Positions 58,401 to 64,000 of a DNA stretch of 64,000 nt are shown here, in pieces (the first letter of the stretch is position 1; the number at the start of each line of letters is the position of its first letter). The stretch comes from Auanema rhodensis. Its lineage: Eukaryota > Animalia > Nematoda. The stretch is from NCBI GenBank assembly GCA_964057225.1, contig OZ059899.1, positions 11,160,001 through 11,224,000 of the forward strand. The letters run 5' to 3'. The notes below the pieces were generated by a model. It was given only the letters and a program-made list of their open reading frames with translations, was not told the origin of the DNA and did not search any database. The translations under genes were made by a program, and so were the position numbers.

Positions 58401-61400
58401 CTGGCGGAACATATGGTAGAATTGGCTTATGCTTAAAGGGTTCACAAGCCGGAATTTCTCCAATTATTGCCTGCCCGATGACTGAATTAGCTTCCATAGC
58501 TATTGTTTCATCGGTATCGTTACGGAACATAACATATACTCCACTGGTATCACGAAACGCAGTTGGATATAATGATTTTAATGCGCTTCCACTATCCCCT
58601 AAGACAACCACTTCGTTAGATTCTAGTGGTTTATCTGTCTTTATTGGGATAGGTGCCTCTTCATCAGGCTTTAATGTTTTTGTTCTTAAATTAATGATAT
58701 TCACAGTTATCTCCGTATGCTTAATAGATTCGTTTCCTATTAATGGGATGGCATTGTTTCCAATCTCCAACCTCTTCTTGGATGGTTTAAGGCTGACGTC
58801 GATGTTTTCGCTGTCAAGCGCTTTCATGAAATCTAGTCCAATTAAAGCGGGAGCAGGACAGTCATGATCGTTTGAGACCAAAAATGTGTGTTCGATCTCG
58901 TAGCCGGCAATTTCAATTACAAGATTTATCTTTCCATAAAATGTGAAAGTGGACTTGTTGGCTGCCATCGCTACTAAATGTCTCTTCTTGACATTTTCGG
59001 CCATGTTCAGATATTTGAGGGTGGAGAGCCTAACATATGACACTGATGAGCCTGAATCCCATAAAGCTAAAATCAGTTTATCTTCAACTGATATATATAT
59101 TAATGGTAACTTTGTTTCCGCTGATGCAATAGAAGCAACAAATGGTATTGCGATTGGAATAAATGTTACTAACGCAGGATAGTATTGCTTCATGATGTTA
59201 TCTGGCATCTGTTGGTCTGGGCGGCTTACAAGTTCCAATGTTTCTTCATAGCCTGGGGGCTCATTATCTATTTCATGGACATGCATTACGGTTAGTGGAG
59301 TGGCTCTGAAGAACCAAAATTTAGCAACAACGAAAAGAATTATTAATACTGCGGCAATCGTGACTATTGATCCTATAAAGATGAGTGTTCTCTCAATTGA
59401 ACCTATTAGAAATTGTTTTACGCTAGTCCAGGCGGAAGTTGTGAACTCAGCTGCTTTAGAGATATAGTCACTGCCCTTTTTCAAAAGATTAAAGGCTGAC
59501 GTAATCTTTGGATCGTTGTGAATAGTATGTAAAACATGGTTCTGTTGTATGGATGCTAAACTTGCTCCATATGCAATAGCTGTTGACATTGAGTAAACTC
59601 TCAATGATAAATTGGTGTATAAGTTAGCGCATGTGAACTTTAAAGGTGTTAATTGGTGGTATTGCGCTTTATCAAAGAGTGATATTGGTTTTACTTCAAC
59701 CGATCCATTTATATTTATCCATTCTCCATTTTGATAGTACACATCTGTTGGTACATGTTCGCAATCTATCTCTTTTCCATGTGTTAATAAGTCTCTTGAT
59801 CCTGGAGCAGCAAAATATAATCTCTCATCTTCTGTTATTACTGGTGTTTCCAAATAGCATGTATCATTGATCTTATGATTATGATAAACAGCTTTAGGTT
59901 GAAGAGGTAAGCATATATGAACATGAACTATATCGCTGCCTACGAAACGGGCTGCAATATCCTCTCTTCCTAAAATAGTCCTCATTGCTATTGTGGGTTC
60001 TATGTGTAAAATAGAACGCCATAGCTCGAGGTATCTATTTTGAATCTCACATATGGATTCATAAGATTCCATAAAACGTTTCTGTAGCTCTTCTTGTATG
60101 AGTGTTGTTGTATATTGTAGATGATCTTGAGCTATTCTGCGAGATACGTTGAGGTTGAATTGTATTTCGTTGTTCACTTTTGACGCTGTATACGTTGCCT
60201 GAGCCTGAATTTCTCTGGTTTCTACGGGTGGAGATGATGTTCTTTGTTTCCTTAAGGTTCGTGACGCCGTGTCAGTGACTGTTGCTAATGTTGTTGGCGA
60301 GAGAGTCGTAGTTATCACGGCTGTTGTCGTGTCAACTATGGTTGTCGTCGGAATCCGAGTCGTATAGCTTATAGTTGTCTCCTGAACTAGTGAAGCGGGT
60401 TTGTCCGTTGTTGTCGTTAATGACAGTCTTCTAGTCAGATAAGGCGGTGTTTCAATATCCTCTAACAGTGGTAAAAATGTTTTTATAAGTAGCTGGCGTG
60501 TATCCGCGCTTGGGGTTTGAATGCGAGGGTGGGGGCCCATCGATATACCGTAGTTAGAATCTTTATCTCGATATAGTTTGTTGGTATCTGGCACATTGAT
60601 TGTTAATTGTCGGAACTTTTCATCATCTACGGCTGCTGCTGTTTTATTTGGCCTTATTACTCGCAATGTCATCAAGTTATGGTATAAGTAAAGTGTATTT
60701 CTAAGTACTATACGCTCATCAGCATTGTCAGTTGTTAAAGTTGGTCGGATAGGCGGCATGTTCACAAAGGATTTTAAAACCTCTTGCCTTGATGGTACCG
60801 ACAGATTGTTTTCAAATATTACCGGTGTATAAGCTAGCTCCATCGCTATGCTTTCGGCTCTTTTGCGGTAGGATCCGTCCTTTTCTAGTAGTTTTTCGTC
60901 AAATTCGTGTGCTGTTAATCTGTCACCTATCTGTTCTAATAATTGTTTTGAGGTTAAATACCGTATAGCGCCGCGAGTGGTTGCTGCCAGTTCCTTTTGC
61001 GCAAGAAAATAAGGTATTGCTTCCTCAGGGTCGTGTATTTCGTATGTTTGAAGGAAACGTTGTATGGATTTATCAGATACGGGACTTCTTAAGAAGAAAT
61101 AAAACTTCTCGGGATGTGCTGAAACCCAATCAATAATTGAATATGAAGGGTTGACAGCTCGTCTGGCCTTTATAAGCGGTATTATCTGATAAATACCAGG
61201 ATTACTCATCACCGGTCGTAAGAAAGGATAAGGACAAATATTTAATATTAAAGTTTCAAAATCTTCCTGTTTTTGTATCCACTCCTTGTTTAATTCAACC
61301 GTGCATTCCGCAATTGCTCTTTTATCTCTTTTCGCCGGAAGTTTCTTATATTCTCTCTCTATTAAAACATGGATATTGGTGTCATTTGGGTACTGTGGTA

Positions 61401-63513
61401 AGAGAATGTAATTGCCAGTTGTGGTGTGGAAGATTGGCTGTTTAAAACAAGAAGATATTTGCTTCGGTATCTCTTTTTGATCGATTACAAGGGCTGATTG
61501 AGTGGTTGGTAACAGAATAATGCCGTCTCCAATTATCGCATCATATTCACTCATGTCGATATAGTTGCATCGATATTCATAAGGCTGTTTCTCCCATATG
61601 ATGATTGAGGTATCTGATGCACATTCTCCATGATGCGCTAAGCATCCTTCAGTATTTAGTATTAAATTGGAGATTATAGTTTCATCTGGCATCCGTGTCA
61701 TAACCCCTCTTTCGATAACCAATCTGGCTTTCTCTTCACATAGTTCATTATTAAAAGATCGGCCTGGCGAGAAGGAAGGCTCGTCAGTTGCATATGTTAT
61801 GCTGTCGATCTTCTTTAATTCACTCCAATTCCATCTTCTATCTCTCACTGCCAGTCTGCATTCTGCAGCTGGTATCTTTTCAATTCTCGCTATCGTTGTA
61901 TTGGTATCTCTAAGGAACAAAAGGTCTCTGATACACATTTTATGAATTTCTTTGGAGCATCTCCATGCATCCCATTCATGTGCCGTTTGATTCCTTGTAT
62001 AAAGATGAACTTTTGTTCGTAAGATATGCTTTATTGGTGGTAATAAGCATTTTCGGAGAGATGGGGGACGGAGAAGGGCTCCTCCAGTAGCTTTAGTACA
62101 TAGCTGGTATGCTTCAGCTGTTGTAACCAGTGATAAGATTACTGATAAAGCTACGGCTAAAGTCAAAGGAGATATCAGAGTCAAATTATTGACTCTTGAG
62201 CCTCTACCTCTGCCTCTATTGTTGTTATTTCCCCTAAAGGTACTGTTATTTCTCTGTCTATTATTGCTCATTTCTTGATTTTGTGATGCATTATGGCTTC
62301 TTTGATACCCATTTTGATTTTGATTCTGATAATTTCGACCGCGGTCACCAAAATTGCGGTTCCTAGCAAATGGGTTTTGGAAATTCCAGCCTTTTTGATT
62401 TTTTGAAAATTTATGATAATTTTGATTGTTTTGAAAGTTTGGATGATAATTGTTATAATTATTATAATTTTGATAATTTTTATTATTAAAAGATTGATAA
62501 CCTCTTGCCATACCTCTCCCACCATTGTTTCTGCGCGGGGGGAAAGTTCTTTCAATTGCGTTAACCAATAGCGCCTGAGGGTCTGCTACTTGGTTTGCAA
62601 TTGATTCCTCCCAGCGAGCACTATCAACAGCCTCAGCAAAAGTTTTGGGTTTTGCTCGAATTACCCCTGGGCGTATCGTATTTTTCAAGCCTCTCAAAAA
62701 TGTGGACCTCAGAATGTGATCTTTATGAGTATCACTATTAGAGAAAGCATTTAAGCTGAGGTTTCTTAACGTTTGTGCAAAACCATCAATTGATAAATCG
62801 CCTTGAGTGCTGTTTTGAAGTGTGATAAGGGCAGGGTCTTGATTGTATTCGGGACACAGCTTGGATGTTAACTCTTCTATGAGGGTAACCCAAGGTCCAG
62901 CTGTTCTGACCTTGTCAGGTAGCTCTAAATAAGCTTCCTCTGCTCTATCATTTTTCAATAGTAATGGTAAAATAGTTAGTCTTTCGGGCATCACTAAGCC
63001 TAAGGCGTTAGAAAAGGTATTAAACTTTGCCACGAAATCTCTAAAGTTACGACTTCCGTCGTATATGGGGCAATAAGGTGAGCTTAATGCGTGCGCAATG
63101 GTAGATTTACCAGCTCCCGGAAGACGTGGTGTCTCCGTCATGGTTGGTATATCCTCAGGGTATGTGCGAGATGACGTAATCCCTTTACTGCCTGAGCTTC
63201 TCGCCGTTAAGTTCTTACCTCCCTTTTTCGAGTTACCAGATGTTGGATAACTAATGGTAGGGGCGGCTGAGGAGAACCGCTTCCCTGGGAGTTTGATAAC
63301 TCGACTCGTTGCCTGAGGCGTCGAATGTATTGAAACGCTTGAGCTGGGTATAGCGCTATCTGACTTATTAAGGGTTGGGTTGGAGGATACGTGAAGAGAG
63401 TTATCAACTTGTTCTGTTGTTACCTCCCCTGGAGACAAATTCAAAACTTTTATTAAGCGAGCTGTTAAAGATTTCTTACTTTTGAACTTATCAGTAGTTA
63501 GTGATAAGGGCAA
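55435..63513 (-). CDS. Gag-Env-Pol polyprotein of element D (intact; frame stays open upstream to 63999)
   Basis: Gag YCPIYDGSRNF; signal LTLAVALSVILSLVTTAEA then YQLC; KRDKR; TM ~59320-59388; LWDSGS; YLDD 57727-57738; RNase H; HHCC, DDE and GPY integrase motifs. Confidence 0.95.
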   Translation of the reverse strand: MPLSLTTDKFKSKKSLTARLIKVLNLSPGEVTTEQVDNSLHVSSNPTLNKSDSAIPSSSVSIHSTPQATSRVIKLPGKRFSSAAPTISYPTSGNSKKGGKNLTARSSGSKGITSSRTYPEDIPTMTETPRLPGAGKSTIAHALSSPYCPIYDGSRNFRDFVAKFNTFSNALGLVMPERLTILPLLLKNDRAEEAYLELPDKVRTAGPWVTLIEELTSKLCPEYNQDPALITLQNSTQGDLSIDGFAQTLRNLSLNAFSNSDTHKDHILRSTFLRGLKNTIRPGVIRAKPKTFAEAVDSARWEESIANQVADPQALLVNAIERTFPPRRNNGGRGMARGYQSFNNKNYQNYNNYNNYHPNFQNNQNYHKFSKNQKGWNFQNPFARNRNFGDRGRNYQNQNQNGYQRSHNASQNQEMSNNRQRNNSTFRGNNNNRGRGRGSRVNNLTLISPLTLAVALSVILSLVTTAEAYQLCTKATGGALLRPPSLRKCLLPPIKHILRTKVHLYTRNQTAHEWDAWRCSKEIHKMCIRDLLFLRDTNTTIARIEKIPAAECRLAVRDRRWNWSELKKIDSITYATDEPSFSPGRSFNNELCEEKARLVIERGVMTRMPDETIISNLILNTEGCLAHHGECASDTSIIIWEKQPYEYRCNYIDMSEYDAIIGDGIILLPTTQSALVIDQKEIPKQISSCFKQPIFHTTTGNYILLPQYPNDTNIHVLIEREYKKLPAKRDKRAIAECTVELNKEWIQKQEDFETLILNICPYPFLRPVMSNPGIYQIIPLIKARRAVNPSYSIIDWVSAHPEKFYFFLRSPVSDKSIQRFLQTYEIHDPEEAIPYFLAQKELAATTRGAIRYLTSKQLLEQIGDRLTAHEFDEKLLEKDGSYRKRAESIAMELAYTPVIFENNLSVPSRQEVLKSFVNMPPIRPTLTTDNADERIVLRNTLYLYHNLMTLRVIRPNKTAAAVDDEKFRQLTINVPDTNKLYRDKDSNYGISMGPHPRIQTPSADTRQLLIKTFLPLLEDIETPPYLTRRLSLTTTTDKPASLVQETTISYTTRIPTTTIVDTTTAVITTTLSPTTLATVTDTASRTLRKQRTSSPPVETREIQAQATYTASKVNNEIQFNLNVSRRIAQDHLQYTTTLIQEELQKRFMESYESICEIQNRYLELWRSILHIEPTIAMRTILGREDIAARFVGSDIVHVHICLPLQPKAVYHNHKINDTCYLETPVITEDERLYFAAPGSRDLLTHGKEIDCEHVPTDVYYQNGEWININGSVEVKPISLFDKAQYHQLTPLKFTCANLYTNLSLRVYSMSTAIAYGASLASIQQNHVLHTIHNDPKITSAFNLLKKGSDYISKAAEFTTSAWTSVKQFLIGSIERTLIFIGSIVTIAAVLIILFVVAKFWFFRATPLTVMHVHEIDNEPPGYEETLELVSRPDQQMPDNIMKQYYPALVTFIPIAIPFVASIASAETKLPLIYISVEDKLILALWDSGSSVSYVRLSTLKYLNMAENVKKRHLVAMAANKSTFTFYGKINLVIEIAGYEIEHTFLVSNDHDCPAPALIGLDFMKALDSENIDVSLKPSKKRLEIGNNAIPLIGNESIKHTEITVNIINLRTKTLKPDEEAPIPIKTDKPLESNEVVVLGDSGSALKSLYPTAFRDTSGVYVMFRNDTDETIAMEANSVIGQAIIGEIPACEPFKHKPILPYVPPEADWESKLPYFPRHFIKDLDLENADLTKEEKHELTKIIESHREAFLNEDRKIGLFKGPIEHTIPLRTDMDMPKPRITRIPLGKQEEIEKQVKEMLEQGIIEPSTSLFNSPVVLVKKKDDTYRFVTDFRALNNVTRKQTYVIPSISDIVDLAAGAQFFSNFDLVSGFFQISLRKSDRPLTAFTTTSGTYQYKRMPMGLCGAPHTFQTAVRYLQSKCSCKLFVYLDDLLVISDTREQHLKDIDDLLQAVEELGMKIKLKKCAFAQPEVKFLGLIVGRQGIKPDPQKVAAIQDYPAPKNATGVRAFLGMVGFFRKFMKDFARIASPLYDLTKADTEFKWENKHQEALDLLKRSLIQAPVLSPPKSDRLFIVESDGSNIAIGAVLLQPEDPKQPLKNLHPIAFASRKLVKAERNYAPIEIEALGLVYALNQFRTYILGTHTICITDHRPLTSLMTRRDLFGRLAKFQLVIQEYDIEIKYRAGQLNKVCDALSRYIGEEANDAKPETKKKKMEEIHINAINTPTIKEIQLNTPWIKRTIAEIEYRAQKNMTANDRYCVINDLLYTKPTDKKPQPAIVIPQEHPIIEEIIKVFHEDPTIAAHQGIIKTKEAILRRFYWTNMQNDITIFIKNCIKCAQRKKDPHSMTVQPLGHFEIPSKPFERVHMDVMGPFPPSKRNCTYVITMQDAFTKWSTTIAVPQITTEITIDRFLRHFVYIFGPPHRLITDRGSNFVSKKFEEMCTKLGIKHEPTLPHQKNSNGQVERLHRTLEEGLTHYLKEDLSDWDTVLPKITFAINNIQHATTGIAPYIPLFGKECRMSMDAELPETITKIQEISEELLQRRPDMDKRDEIIKNRIAKNQENAKKKKDRTQRAHHRDIQPGDMVMTTIKSHQIGQKLRKSYDGPYEVINVEGSKVQIRNSSGKLQDVHKDNLKIFSPASQNISYNTRARFRESQAEEDSDIEIIEVINRNNKDSIDTEPEDENEDEIWLPRNEEE

Positions 63514-64000
63514 AACTTCGGTAATTTCCTGATTTGGTTCTATGGGATTATTAGAGGTTGAGCGCCTACGCGGTGTATTAGTTTTTCTTTTATTAATCTT
63601 TTTAGAATCAAGCTTTTTCGAATCAAGCTTATCAGTGATAACTGATAAGGGTGATTTGCGAATAGTGAGAGATGAGGTTTTATTAAGTTGTGAGTTTTCT
63701 ATCGGAGTGGAAAATGCCTGCGGTGTTAGAGTTAGTTCAAAAGAAGATGCAAGATCGTTATCAGTATTAACTGATAAAGTTGATAAGTTTAGGTGGGGGG
63801 TGGCTGGTGAAGTATTAGAGGTTATTTGTTTTGGTTTTTGAATTTTTTTAATCTTTTTATTACTTTTAAAAGAGTGTACCTTTGGAGTTGAAGCTGAAGT
63901 TTGAATATTGTAGTCCTGAATATAGAAATCAGGGTCCTCCTCGGTGTTGTCCGGAGGTGAATACGTGCCTTCTCGAGGAATGAAGGTTTTCTCGACTTTG

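Larger units (their letters stand above)
54371..64000 (-). mobile_element. Element D: gag-env-pol LTR retrotransposon of a third family, related to C; 5' end beyond the window
   Basis: 3' LTR 54371-54736, PPT 54737-54747, uninterrupted polyprotein ORF. Confidence 0.96.

Noticed and set aside
57995-58867. 290-aa antisense ORF, and other short antisense or overlapping ORFs within the polyproteins (for example 775-1182, 43984-44418)
   Set aside because: These are shadow ORFs opposite conserved pol codons, with inconsistent starts and lengths between families and no recognisable motifs

Overview
AT-rich eukaryotic DNA, probably from a nematode (inferred from the tRNA sequence and element types). 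The backbone is a ~667-bp tandem array carrying one minus-strand tRNA-Ile(AAT) gene per unit: 38 full-length copies plus 1 truncated. Five independent LTR-element insertions interrupt it. A (<1-7502, minus) is frameshifted. B (15836-25958, plus) is intact, with LTRs identical by eye, and is the same family as A. C (36256-46892, plus) has a frameshift and lacks the integrase core. E (49651-49978) is an unrelated solo LTR. D (54371->64000, minus) has an open ORF. A-D are Ty3/gypsy-type (PR-RT-RH-IN order) but share a very unusual layout. One uninterrupted polyprotein reads Gag - internal signal peptide - class III (herpes gB/rhabdovirus G-like) envelope glycoprotein - TM - late-domain tail - Pol, so env is in frame BETWEEN gag and pol. 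They also show CG-3' LTR ends, 4-bp TSDs (B, C), a tRNA-Gln PBS (A-C), a hairpin before the PPT (B-D) and long AUG-free N-terminal extensions. Family assignments come from motif recognition by eye; no searches were run.
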